Origin: Candidatus Limnocylindrales bacterium
GTDB lineage: Bacteria; Chloroflexota; Limnocylindria; Limnocylindrales; CSP1-4
NCBI GenBank assembly: GCA_036508755.1
Contig: DATCGV010000087.1
Coordinates: 1,677-65,676 of the forward strand
Length of the DNA stretch: 64,000 nucleotides
Direction: 5' to 3'
Below are positions 40,503 through 49,992 of this stretch, in pieces. The number at the start of each line of letters is the position of its first letter. Within the stretch, counting starts at the first letter, position 1. Both the position numbers and the translations under genes were made by a program. Under the pieces are notes generated by a model. It made no database searches and was not told the DNA's origin. It worked only from the letters and a program-made list of their open reading frames with translations.

Positions 40503-42142
40503 CGGTCGGCCCTTACGGCGGTCGCCTGGAATCCGGTCACCTGGTAGACGGCCACGCCACCAACGATGCCGGGCAGGTTGACCATCGTGTAGCGCTGCAT
40601 GTAGCTGGGATAGTCGCCGGGAACGCGGATCAGGTACACCGGCCGATTGCCGAGGTTGCTGTCGATGACCTGCATCGCGCTGCCCAGGTTCTGATCGAGG
40701 ATCGTCCGGTCGTCGATGATCGTCACGTCGGGCCGCCAGCCCTCGACGTACTGGCCGTACCACATCGGCGTCGAGTAACTCCACCAGCTGATGATGACCG
40801 CGTTCTGGCCCATCACGGCGCCGAGCGAATCGAGCCACGTTCGCGCCGCGTGATCGCTCGACTCGTCGAGGCTTCGGAAGCGGACCGGCACGGCCACGAG
40901 CGCGGGCACGACGAGGACGATGCCGATCAGCGCGGCCACGGCCCAGCGCATGAGCGACGGCCGGGCGGGCGCGACGCGGGCCCGGAGCGTTTTCGCCGCC
41001 TCGACGATCGCGCCCACGCCCAGACCGCCGAGGACCGCGACGCACATCAGCGGCACAAGGTAGTAACGGCCGATGTCGGCATTCTCGTAGCCCAGCGCGA
41101 AGTACCACGTCAGCGCGAACCAGGTGAGGAGCATCAGCACCAGTGCTGCGCGGCGGAGCAGGCCGGCGACCGTACCCAACAGGGCGAGGACCGCCAGCAG
41201 CCCAAGCTGATCCCAGTTGTAGCGCGCGATCTGAGTGATGGCGTCAAAGAGCGGCGGCCGTGCCTTGAACGTGCCGGTGAACTGCTGGCCGAAGACGAGG
41301 TAGCTGAAGTTGGCCCACGTCTGCGGGTTGGCGTAGTCGAGCGGCGGGTTCATCGCCGACCGTATCGGCAGGTAGGCGTAGAGCACGACGGTGGTCACGA
41401 CCAATGCCGCGCCACACGTCGCCACGAGCCGGAAACGGCGCACGATGCCTGGGTACGTGATGAGCACATAGAGCGCGATCCCAGGTGCCAGCAGCAGCGT
41501 CAGCGCATGGTTCGCGAGCGCGACACCGAACAGTGCCGCCGCGGCGATCAGCAGCCGGTCGGCGTGCAGGCCCGCACGCTGGCGCTGCGCCCAGACGACG
41601 AGCAACAGGACCATGGCCGCGACGAGGAAGAGGTGGAACGCGTGCGGGTCGGCGTGCAGGCCGATCGCCCACGTCTGCGCGGCCACGGCAAAGACGATAC
41701 CGGTGGCTATTCCGATCACGAAGCGGCGTGTCAGGTAGGCCACCGTGATGCCGACGAGGCCGCACGCCGCCGCGGTGAGCAGCGCCGACAGCAGGTTGGC
41801 GCGGTACGCCTCGTCGCCGAATGGCTGGAGGACGACGGAGCCCAGCCACAACAGGAGGGTGTAGGCGGGGTACCCGGTTGGATGGGCGATTCCCAACACG
41901 GGTCCAACAGCCTGGAACTCGCCCGTGTCCCAGAAGCCCATGTCGGGCATCAGCGTGCGCATGTACAGGAGCAGCGCCGGGACGGCGACGAGCAGGAAGC
42001 AGGCCGCGAAGCGGACGCGCGTCGAGACACGCGCCGCGGGCAGCGCCGTCATGCGCGGCGCGGACACGGGCTGAAGCACAGCCAGCGCGCCTGGATCGGC
42101 GGCCTGCTCTTGGTCGGTGGCCTCAACGACGTCCGGGCTCAC
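40499..42142 (-). CDS. GT-C fold membrane glycosyltransferase, DUF2723 / TMEM260-like
   Basis: Loop-1 motif PDMGFWDTGEFQAVGPVLGIAHPTGYPAY and more than 10 predicted TM segments. The GTG at 42142 forms a GTGA overlap with the upstream gene; ATG at 42052 is an alternative. Confidence 0.7.
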   Translation of the reverse strand: MSPDVVEATDQEQAADPGALAVLQPVSAPRMTALPAARVSTRVRFAACFLLVAVPALLLYMRTLMPDMGFWDTGEFQAVGPVLGIAHPTGYPAYTLLLWLGSVVLQPFGDEAYRANLLSALLTAAACGLVGITVAYLTRRFVIGIATGIVFAVAAQTWAIGLHADPHAFHLFLVAAMVLLLVVWAQRQRAGLHADRLLIAAAALFGVALANHALTLLLAPGIALYVLITYPGIVRRFRLVATCGAALVVTTVVLYAYLPIRSAMNPPLDYANPQTWANFSYLVFGQQFTGTFKARPPLFDAITQIARYNWDQLGLLAVLALLGTVAGLLRRAALVLMLLTWFALTWYFALGYENADIGRYYLVPLMCVAVLGGLGVGAIVEAAKTLRARVAPARPSLMRWAVAALIGIVLVVPALVAVPVRFRSLDESSDHAARTWLDSLGAVMGQNAVIISWWSYSTPMWYGQYVEGWRPDVTIIDDRTILDQNLGSAMQVIDSNLGNRPVYLIRVPGDYPSYMQRYTMVNLPGIVGGVAVYQVTGFQATAVRADR

Positions 42143-43614
42143 CAGCCCAGTGTGACTCCCCAGTAGACGCCCCACGCATTTATGAGCACCGACAGCGCGA
42201 CCAGGCCGACGGTCAGCTTGCGCACCCCGAGCCACGCGATGGCGAGAGTCACGAGAACGAGCGCGAAGGGCGCAAAGTCGTTGCTGAAGCGATAGCCGAA
42301 CTGAACCCAGCCCTGGCTGAAGTGCATCAAGTTGACGAAGGCCACGGCGACTACGGCCAGCGCCGAGCCAAGGACGATGCCGCGCCGCCAGTAGCGGATG
42401 ACGAGTGGCACCGCGAGCAGATAGGCCGGGCTGGTCAGGAGGACGCTCATGCCGATCTGGTCTGGTTTGATCGCGGCGCAGGACAGGATGGAGGCCAGGT
42501 TGCAGTCGGCCGGGATCGATGGCGGCCAGGCGAGCATGATCAGCGCGTTGAGCGGTACGTGGCCGATGTCCTCGATGCCCAGGCTGCGGTTGATCTCGAA
42601 GCCGGGCGGCATATACCCGACGAACTCGGTCTGGTAGAGGTAGTCGTAGGCCGGATTGAACAGATGACCGCTCGACAGCTGGTTGTAGATGAGCAGGAGC
42701 GCGACTGGGATGAGCGCGCCGAGCGCAGCCGAGGCGCCGCGCCGCCAGACGGACCCGCCCGCGCCCACGAACAGGAAGAACGGCGCGGCGAAGATCACGG
42801 TCAGTCGGGCCATCGCCGCGACGCCGAACACGAACCCCGCGGCAAACTGGATGGGCTCGAAATGGGGGCGCACGCGGCGGTACCAGCCAAGGAACAAGCT
42901 GTTCTCGGCGAACGTGGCTGCGACCTCGTTCGCCGGGCGCTGGCCGCCCATGGGTCGGAGGGCGCGCAACGCGGCCAGCGCCTGTTCGCGGCGCTCACCG
43001 TCGAGCGCGAGGGTGATACCCAGGACGGTGAACGTGATCGCCACGACATGGGCCAGGAACCACGTCGACGAGAGCATCGCCGCATACCAGTGAACCGTGC
43101 CGAAGGCGAAGAAGACGGTGGCCAGTACGGCCACTGCGCGACGCTCGGTCAGGCGTGTAGTCATGCGCCAGACGAAGCCGACGTTGATCGCGCCGAGCGC
43201 CACGCCGACCAACTGGGCGTTGGTGGCCAGGCCGAAGACAGCCACGAACGGCATGAGCACGACGGCCGGCAGTGGCGGGAACGGCAGCAGCGCGTAGCTC
43301 GGGCCCGAGGGCGGGCCCGGCAGCGGCATGACGTCCTGGAAGTAGCTGTTGACGAACGGCCCATCGGTGACCGGATAGGCGATCGCGAAGCGGCCGTGCA
43401 GGAACGCGTCGGCCTGCCAGACGAAGTGGTTGTACAGGCCGTTGCGCGATTGGTCGGAGAAGTAATAGACGGCCAGCGCGAGGACGACGAAGAGCAGCCC
43501 GATGAGCGCCGGGTCGACACGCTCGAGCGCCAACTCGAAGCGCTCGCCGATCGTTGGCCGGGTCGTCGCCGGCGGCCGGGGCCGATCGAATGTCGTTGCT
43601 ATACTGCGCTGCAC
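42139..43614 (-). CDS. GT-C fold membrane glycosyltransferase (ArnT/PMT_2- or GT87/DUF2029-like; subfamily unresolved)
   Basis: 491-aa polytopic membrane ORF with an acidic/aromatic first loop (NHFVWQADAFLHGRFAIAYP...SYALLPFPPLP). First gene of the three-gene minus-strand unit. Confidence 0.6.
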   Translation of the reverse strand: MQRSIATTFDRPRPPATTRPTIGERFELALERVDPALIGLLFVVLALAVYYFSDQSRNGLYNHFVWQADAFLHGRFAIAYPVTDGPFVNSYFQDVMPLPGPPSGPSYALLPFPPLPAVVLMPFVAVFGLATNAQLVGVALGAINVGFVWRMTTRLTERRAVAVLATVFFAFGTVHWYAAMLSSTWFLAHVVAITFTVLGITLALDGERREQALAALRALRPMGGQRPANEVAATFAENSLFLGWYRRVRPHFEPIQFAAGFVFGVAAMARLTVIFAAPFFLFVGAGGSVWRRGASAALGALIPVALLLIYNQLSSGHLFNPAYDYLYQTEFVGYMPPGFEINRSLGIEDIGHVPLNALIMLAWPPSIPADCNLASILSCAAIKPDQIGMSVLLTSPAYLLAVPLVIRYWRRGIVLGSALAVVAVAFVNLMHFSQGWVQFGYRFSNDFAPFALVLVTLAIAWLGVRKLTVGLVALSVLINAWGVYWGVTLGW

Positions 43615-43643
43615 CTCGTCACCCTCTGGAGGTTGGGTCGGTT

Positions 43644-46600
43644 GTGACAGCGCCCCGCCCGGATGGGGCCGACCGGATCTCCGGAGTCTCGCAGAGTCCG
43701 CGTGGTGCGGGTGCGGCCGTCTCCGGCATTGCGATCCTGCTCCTCGTCGGTCTTCTCCTTCGACTCGTACTCGCGTACGTCCTGCTGCCCGGCTCCGGTT
43801 TTGCTTCGGACATCGGCACTTTCACCGCCTGGGCTTCCCAGCTGGGCCAGAGTGGACCAGGCGATTTCTATGCCACGGCGGGATTTGCAGACTATCCGCC
43901 CGGCTACCTGTATGTCCTGTGGTTGCTCGGCGGGCTGGGCCACATTCTGGCGCCCCTGGCAGGCGGCGATGCCGGCTCGGTGATCGCAGCGCTGATCAAG
44001 ATCCCGCCCATCCTGTGCGACGTTGCCATCGGCTACGTCCTGTACCGGATCGTCAAGTCCTGGCGCGGCGAGCATCCCGACGCGCAGCGCCTGGCGCTGA
44101 TCGCCGCCGCGATCTACCTGTTCAACCCGGTCACCTGGTACGACTCGGCGATCTGGGGCCAGACCGACTCGGTCGGCACGCTGGTCACCCTGCTCGCTGT
44201 CCTCGCCCTTATCCGCGGCAACTCCGAGGGTGCCTCGGTGCTCGCCGTGCTCGCCGTGCTGGTCAAGCCGCAGTTCGGGGTCGTCGCGCTGCCCGTCGTC
44301 GGTATCGTGCTCCTGCGCCGTCACCTCTTCGCGCCGGAGACCATTCCGCACAACCCGGTCCTCCTCCCTGCTCGTCTGCGCGGCTGGTTCGAAGAGGAGG
44401 GCGGCTTCTGGCGGCTTGTCTCGTCGGCCGTCGCGGCGCTGCTCGTGCTCGTCGTGCTTCTCGTCCCGTTCTCGCTCGACATACCGGGCTTCGTGCAGCT
44501 CATCGTCAAGACCGCCGGCGGATACCAGTACCTGTCGGTCAATGCCTACAACCCGTGGGCGCTGATCGGCGCGGGGGGGCAGGCGCCGCTCGCCTTTGGT
44601 GGCGGCTGGTCGCCCGACACCGTGCCGCTCATCGGTCCGTTGCCCGGCGTGTTGATCGGTGGCCTACTCCTCGTCGCCGGCTTTGGCCTGGGCGCGCTGC
44701 GCCTGGCGTGGCGCGACGACAGGCGCAGCATCATCGTCGTCACGCTCCTCCTCGCGCTGGGCTTCTTCATCCTGCCCACGCGCGTCCACGAGCGTTACAT
44801 GTTCCCGATCTTCGCCTTGCTGCCGATCCTCGCGGTCGTCGACCGGCGCTGGCTGGCGGCGACGATCGTCCTCTCGATCGGCGCGTTCATCAACATGCAC
44901 GGCATCCTGACCACGCCGCTGTACGCGACACCGAACGTCGCCAACCTGCCCTTGGGCGAGCTGTTCCGCGACCCGATCGGCATCCTGACCAGCATCGTCC
45001 TGAACGTGGCCGGCTTCGTGTTCGTCGCCTGGATGCTCCTGCCCAGTGCGGCGAGCGAGCCGGACTCGTACGACGAGCCGGCGCCGGCCGAGGAGGCCGG
45101 GCTTGGGCCGGACGAGGAATACGGCACCGAGGGCTACGTCGGGCCGCCCACAGCGCCCTGGTACGCGCCCCTGGCCGCTCTCGTGCCGCGCTACTCGATC
45201 CGCCGCGACCGAAGCGCCGAGCTGGTCAATGAGCTGGGCGGGACGCTCGGCAGGCGCGATGCCGTGCTCTTCGTGGTCATCTTCTTCGCTGCGCTGCTGT
45301 TGCGCACCTACAACCTCCAGCAGCCCTTCGACATGCACTTCGACGAGGTCTACCACGCGCGGACGGCGATGGAGTTCCTCCAGGACTGGCGCTACGGCAT
45401 ACCCCACTCGATCTACGAGTTCACCCACCCGCATATCGCCAAGTACGGCATGGCGATCGGCATCGAGCTGCTCGGCGACGACAAGGTCATCTCGACCGCG
45501 GATCTTGGTGCGGCCGTCGATTCAGCGGTCATCGAACAACGCTGGGCGCCGACAGATGCGCCCGACGAACACCTCGGCGACCGGCTGTACATCGCCACGG
45601 GCAGCGACGTCAACGCGTACGACCTCGAGGGCGCCGGTCCCAGGTTGGTAGCGACGATCCCGGGCGACTACGTTGCCGTTACGGTCGATGAGGACTCCCA
45701 CATCCTGTACATGGCCTCGGCCGATGGCACGGTCAGCCAGCTGCCCACCTCGGGCCTCGATGCATTGCGCCAGACAGGCTCGACGGACACGTCGGGCGAC
45801 CTGAGCGCGGCGCCGTTCGGCGCGCTGACCGGGCTCAATGGCAGCCTCGAGCGGCTCCAGGTCATCGGCGGCAACCTTGTCGGGCTGTCGAGCGGCGGCA
45901 CGTTGGTCAGCGTCGACCCTAGTACCGGTGCCGAGACAGGGCGAACGCAGATCACGGGCGTCGCCGACTACACCAGCGCACCGGCCAACTCGGAGGTCAT
46001 GGTTGATCCAAGCCAGGTCACCGACCGAGCCGGCGAGGCCCAGAAGCTGGCCGACCTGCTGCACGACGACCAGACGCGCATCGAAGGTGTCATTGCCGCG
46101 GCCAAGGGCCCGGTGCCTATCGCGGGCTACATCGGCGACAAGAAGGGCGACGTCCAGAACGCAATCGACGGCGGCGACCTGACCGGCGTGAGCATGACCG
46201 ACGGCACCGCGGTTGCCGTCGCGACGCCGAGTGGCGTGACCCTGCTCGATTCGACGACGCTTTCGACGCTCAGGCAGGTCGACATATCGATCCCCGCCAC
46301 TGGACTGGCGTTTGCCGCACGCGGCCCGGACGTCCCGACGCTGTACGTCGCGACCGGTCGTACCTTGACCACGATCCGGCTGGCGACCGACTCAGCCGTG
46401 GGGGTGAGCCTCACGCTGCCCATGCCCAACGTCGTCACGAAGGTCTACTGGGACGAGGCGACGACCAACGTCCACGCTCTGGGTACGACACAGGACGGCA
46501 GCTCGCCGACGGTTTATGTCATCGAGCCGCGCGGCAACTCCGTGTTCGCCGATGCGCCACTGCCGTTCCAGCCACAGGTCGCGCTCATGGACGCCAACCA

Positions 46601-48815
46601 GCTGTATCCCTCCGAGGACCGCAACGACCTCCTGGCGCTCAGTCCGAGCGGCCAGCTGGCGACGATAGACACGGGCAACAACCAGTTCGCCTACCGCTTC
46701 CCGGGAGTGCTGCTCGGGGCGTTGACCGCCGCGCTCATCTTCCTGCTCGCGCGCTTCCTGTTCCGGCGCCGGACGGTCGCGGTCATCGTCGCGATCCTCG
46801 TCCTGGCCGACGGCATGTTCTTCGCCAACTCGCGCATCGCGATGAACGACACGTATGTGACGTTCTTCATCGTCGCCGCGCTTACCGTCTTCGTGCCACT
46901 GTGGATTGGCCGCTGGCGCGGCCGCTGGGTTACTGCGGGCGGCCTGCTCACCGTCGGCATCCTGCTCGGCCTCGCCCTGGCTTCCAAGTGGGTCGGCGCT
47001 TACGCAATGGGCGCAGTGGGCCTGCTCATCCTGCTCCGCTCGTCCCTCGGGCGCTGGGTCGCCCTGGCGGCGATGATCCTGTTGACCGGTTTGCTCGGGT
47101 ATCTCGCCATCACGCCGAATCCGACGGTCGCCAACCCGCAGATCAACTACGTCTTCTTGGGCATCATGGTCGTGCTGACCGTGCTGCTCGCGATCGGCAT
47201 GACGATCCGTCGCGTGCGCACGTCGCGCGACGAGTTCCGCTTCGCGGTCGGCTTTCCGCTGCTGCTCGGCGTACTCGGCGTGCTCTACGGCCTGTTCCGC
47301 ATCATCACCGGCCCGCCGCCCGCGGCGGGCGCTCTTCTGCCGCCCGTGCGCGTGCTGGAGCTCGGCATTGCCGGCGTCATCGTCGGGCTCGCGGTCCTGG
47401 GCGTGGGCTGGTACCGCGGCCGGCGCGGCCACGGCCCGTTGGCTAGCGCCGCGACCGTCGATCCGACGGCAGACCCAGGCTCGCCGCCGCCTGACCGTGG
47501 CTGGCTGAGGCCGGGCTCGGGCCTGCTCGGCCTTCCTTGGCTGCTGGCCCTGCTCGCGATCACGGTCGTGCCGCTCGTCGTCTATGTCATCAGCTACATC
47601 CCGTGGATCAACCTGGGCAACCAGTGGTTCACGGGCTACCCGGCGGGCCACACCGGGCAGACGTTCCTGGACCTCCAGGTGTCGATGTACGACTACCACA
47701 ACTACCTGCGCGCAACGCACCCGGCGTCTTCGCCGTGGTGGGCCTGGCCGCTCGACCTGAAGCCGGTCTGGTTCCAGCAGGAGGACTACGCCGGCGGCAC
47801 GACGTCGGTCATCTACGACACGGGCAACATCGTCATCTTCTGGCTGTCGATTCCGGCCGTCGCCTGGGCGTGCTGGCAGGCGTGGAAGCGCCGCAGCCTG
47901 GCACTCACGTTCATCGCCATCACGATCTTCGCAATGTGGCTGCCGTGGGCGCGCATCGACCGCGCGACGTTCCAGTACCACGTCTTCACGATCCTGCCGT
48001 TCTCCTTCATGGCCCTCGCGTACATGCTCGGCGAGCTGTGGCACGGCCCCTCACCACGGACATGGGCGCTAGCCAAGGCATCGGCCGCTCTGGCGATCAT
48101 CGGGGCACCCTTGTTATGGCTCTTCCGGCTGCCCCTGTGCGGCCTGGCCAACACCCAACAGGTCAACAAGGGCACCGAAGTGTGTGGCAGCCTGTCGCGT
48201 GACTTCCAGCTGACGAGCTTCCAGCTGATCGGCATCGTGCTCGTCCTCGGCGCGCTGATCGCAGCTGGCGTCATCGCCTACAGGGGCCTGCGCAACAGCT
48301 CGACGATCAACGGTGGCATGAGACCGTTGCTCCTGCCAATCTCGTTCTCGGTCGCCCTGTTCGGCGCGGTGATCGTCATCGTCGGTGCCGGACTGCCCGG
48401 CGATTCGGTTTTCCATGCGTCGGTGACGGCCGAGATGCCGGCTTTCATCGCCCTGCTCCTGCTGTGCGTGCCGGCCTACTTCGTGCTCCAGGGCAGGGAC
48501 CCCAAACGCTACGTCGTCGGCGTCCTGGTCGCGGCAGTGGTCTGGTTCGTCGCCTTCTACCCGAACTTCGCCGCGCTACCGGTGCCCACGCCGCTGTCGC
48601 AGGTCCATCTCGGCCTGCTGCCCACCTGGAACTGGGGCTTCCAGTTCGGGGTCAACCTCGACGAGCCCAATCGGAATCCGCTCGATTTCACATCGATCAG
48701 CCTGCTCGTGATAGCCACGACCGCCCTGTGTATCGCGGCGATGTACGCCGTCCGTAACTGGAACAGCGCCAGGTCGGACCCCGCCGAGGTCAGCCCTCCG
48801 CCCGAACCGAGCTGA
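43644..48815 (+). CDS. Giant (~1720 aa) polytopic protein: N-terminal ALG6/ALG8- or DUF2029-like GT-C module fused to a PMT (GT39)-like GT-C module that carries a ~400-aa soluble insert
   Basis: Module 1 has SDIGTFTAWASQL...FADYPPGYLYVLW and ...TRVHERYMFP. Module 2 has ...MHFDEVYHARTAMEF...YEFTHPHIAKYGMAIG (DE and HPP-x-x-K-like PMT loop 1). The insert spans about 45480-46680. A GTG at 43644 preceded by GGAGG is preferred over the ATG at 43554, which would overlap the divergent gene. Confidence 0.75.
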   Translation: MTAPRPDGADRISGVSQSPRGAGAAVSGIAILLLVGLLLRLVLAYVLLPGSGFASDIGTFTAWASQLGQSGPGDFYATAGFADYPPGYLYVLWLLGGLGHILAPLAGGDAGSVIAALIKIPPILCDVAIGYVLYRIVKSWRGEHPDAQRLALIAAAIYLFNPVTWYDSAIWGQTDSVGTLVTLLAVLALIRGNSEGASVLAVLAVLVKPQFGVVALPVVGIVLLRRHLFAPETIPHNPVLLPARLRGWFEEEGGFWRLVSSAVAALLVLVVLLVPFSLDIPGFVQLIVKTAGGYQYLSVNAYNPWALIGAGGQAPLAFGGGWSPDTVPLIGPLPGVLIGGLLLVAGFGLGALRLAWRDDRRSIIVVTLLLALGFFILPTRVHERYMFPIFALLPILAVVDRRWLAATIVLSIGAFINMHGILTTPLYATPNVANLPLGELFRDPIGILTSIVLNVAGFVFVAWMLLPSAASEPDSYDEPAPAEEAGLGPDEEYGTEGYVGPPTAPWYAPLAALVPRYSIRRDRSAELVNELGGTLGRRDAVLFVVIFFAALLLRTYNLQQPFDMHFDEVYHARTAMEFLQDWRYGIPHSIYEFTHPHIAKYGMAIGIELLGDDKVISTADLGAAVDSAVIEQRWAPTDAPDEHLGDRLYIATGSDVNAYDLEGAGPRLVATIPGDYVAVTVDEDSHILYMASADGTVSQLPTSGLDALRQTGSTDTSGDLSAAPFGALTGLNGSLERLQVIGGNLVGLSSGGTLVSVDPSTGAETGRTQITGVADYTSAPANSEVMVDPSQVTDRAGEAQKLADLLHDDQTRIEGVIAAAKGPVPIAGYIGDKKGDVQNAIDGGDLTGVSMTDGTAVAVATPSGVTLLDSTTLSTLRQVDISIPATGLAFAARGPDVPTLYVATGRTLTTIRLATDSAVGVSLTLPMPNVVTKVYWDEATTNVHALGTTQDGSSPTVYVIEPRGNSVFADAPLPFQPQVALMDANQLYPSEDRNDLLALSPSGQLATIDTGNNQFAYRFPGVLLGALTAALIFLLARFLFRRRTVAVIVAILVLADGMFFANSRIAMNDTYVTFFIVAALTVFVPLWIGRWRGRWVTAGGLLTVGILLGLALASKWVGAYAMGAVGLLILLRSSLGRWVALAAMILLTGLLGYLAITPNPTVANPQINYVFLGIMVVLTVLLAIGMTIRRVRTSRDEFRFAVGFPLLLGVLGVLYGLFRIITGPPPAAGALLPPVRVLELGIAGVIVGLAVLGVGWYRGRRGHGPLASAATVDPTADPGSPPPDRGWLRPGSGLLGLPWLLALLAITVVPLVVYVISYIPWINLGNQWFTGYPAGHTGQTFLDLQVSMYDYHNYLRATHPASSPWWAWPLDLKPVWFQQEDYAGGTTSVIYDTGNIVIFWLSIPAVAWACWQAWKRRSLALTFIAITIFAMWLPWARIDRATFQYHVFTILPFSFMALAYMLGELWHGPSPRTWALAKASAALAIIGAPLLWLFRLPLCGLANTQQVNKGTEVCGSLSRDFQLTSFQLIGIVLVLGALIAAGVIAYRGLRNSSTINGGMRPLLLPISFSVALFGAVIVIVGAGLPGDSVFHASVTAEMPAFIALLLLCVPAYFVLQGRDPKRYVVGVLVAAVVWFVAFYPNFAALPVPTPLSQVHLGLLPTWNWGFQFGVNLDEPNRNPLDFTSISLLVIATTALCIAAMYAVRNWNSARSDPAEVSPPPEPS

Positions 48816-49992
48816 TCGGCTGCGGGTCGCGCGTCCCGAATACGAGCGCCGGGTCCGTGTGCTCGGGCAGGATGCCCTGCGCAGCAGCGCGCCGCGCGAC
48901 GAAGAGGTAGTACTCCTCGACCTTGGCGGCGATGTTGTCCCAGCCGAACTGGACGGCGCGCTGCCGCGCCGAAGCGCTCATCCGAGCGCTCATCTCCGGG
49001 TTGGACAGCAGCTGGCCGATCGCGTCGGCCAGAGCCGTGACGTTGCGCGGTGGGACCAGCAACCCCTGCTCGCCGCGCCGGACCACGCTCCGGTAGCCGT
49101 GAATGTCGCTGCACACGATGGGCGTCCCCGACGCTAGCGCCTCGAGCAGCACGACGCCCATCGATTCCTGGCCCGTCGCGGGTGAGACGTAGACGTCGGC
49201 GGTCGCGAAGTAGCGGATCTTGTCCTCGTCGCTGATGCGGCCCAGGAGCTCGACGCCGCCAAGGCGCCGGGTCGCGATGTAGCGCCTGATCTCGCGTTCC
49301 TGTGGCCCGGCGCCCGCGAGCAACAAGCGGCAATCGTAGCCGCGCTGACGCAGCTGGCGGTACGCCTTGAGCGCGTACATCACGCCTTTGCGCGGCTCGA
49401 AGCGGCCCAGGAAGAAGATGTTGGCCGTGCCGTCCTTGTAGCGCGTGATCGCCCGGGCGTTCTTGAAGCGATCGAGATCGACGCCGTTGGGGATGACCTT
49501 GTAGTCGCCCGGGAAATAGCGGTCGGCGAAGTGGCGCGCCGCCGCGCTGACGGCTATCCGGCCGTGAAGGCGGCGCGCGAATCGGCCCAGCATGCGCTTG
49601 CCGAACTCAGCCGCCGGGCTCCAGCCGGCATAGGCGTGGAACGTGGCGATGTTGATGCTCTTCGACTCGCGCAGGAGCACGAGCGACAGGAAGGGCACGA
49701 ACGGCTCGTGGAAGTGCAGGATGTCGAAGCGTTCCTCGTCGAGCATTTTGGCGACGATGCTCGTGTAGCGCGGCGAGAAGGTAAGCGTGCCGACGGATCC
49801 GTTGGCCGGCACGGAGAAGCCATAGCCCAAGCGGATGATGTCGCCCTCGCTCTGGCGCTGCGGGCCATGGACGCTGCTGATGATGCGGACGTCATGACCG
49901 CGCGTGACGAGGTGCTCGTACAGGTCGTGGACGTGTGCGTTGACGCCACCGGGCAGGGGATAGATGTACGGCGTCACGAGGCCGATCTTCAT
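48790..49992 (-). CDS. pimA: GT4 glycosyltransferase, PimA-like phosphatidylinositol alpha-mannosyltransferase
   Basis: MKIGLVTPYIYPLPGGVNAHVHDLYEHL... and ...ESMGVVLLEALASGTPIV... closely parallel mycobacterial PimA. ATGA overlap with the PHP gene. Confidence 0.8.
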   Translation of the reverse strand: MKIGLVTPYIYPLPGGVNAHVHDLYEHLVTRGHDVRIISSVHGPQRQSEGDIIRLGYGFSVPANGSVGTLTFSPRYTSIVAKMLDEERFDILHFHEPFVPFLSLVLLRESKSINIATFHAYAGWSPAAEFGKRMLGRFARRLHGRIAVSAAARHFADRYFPGDYKVIPNGVDLDRFKNARAITRYKDGTANIFFLGRFEPRKGVMYALKAYRQLRQRGYDCRLLLAGAGPQEREIRRYIATRRLGGVELLGRISDEDKIRYFATADVYVSPATGQESMGVVLLEALASGTPIVCSDIHGYRSVVRRGEQGLLVPPRNVTALADAIGQLLSNPEMSARMSASARQRAVQFGWDNIAAKVEEYYLFVARRAAAQGILPEHTDPALVFGTRDPQPISSVRAEG

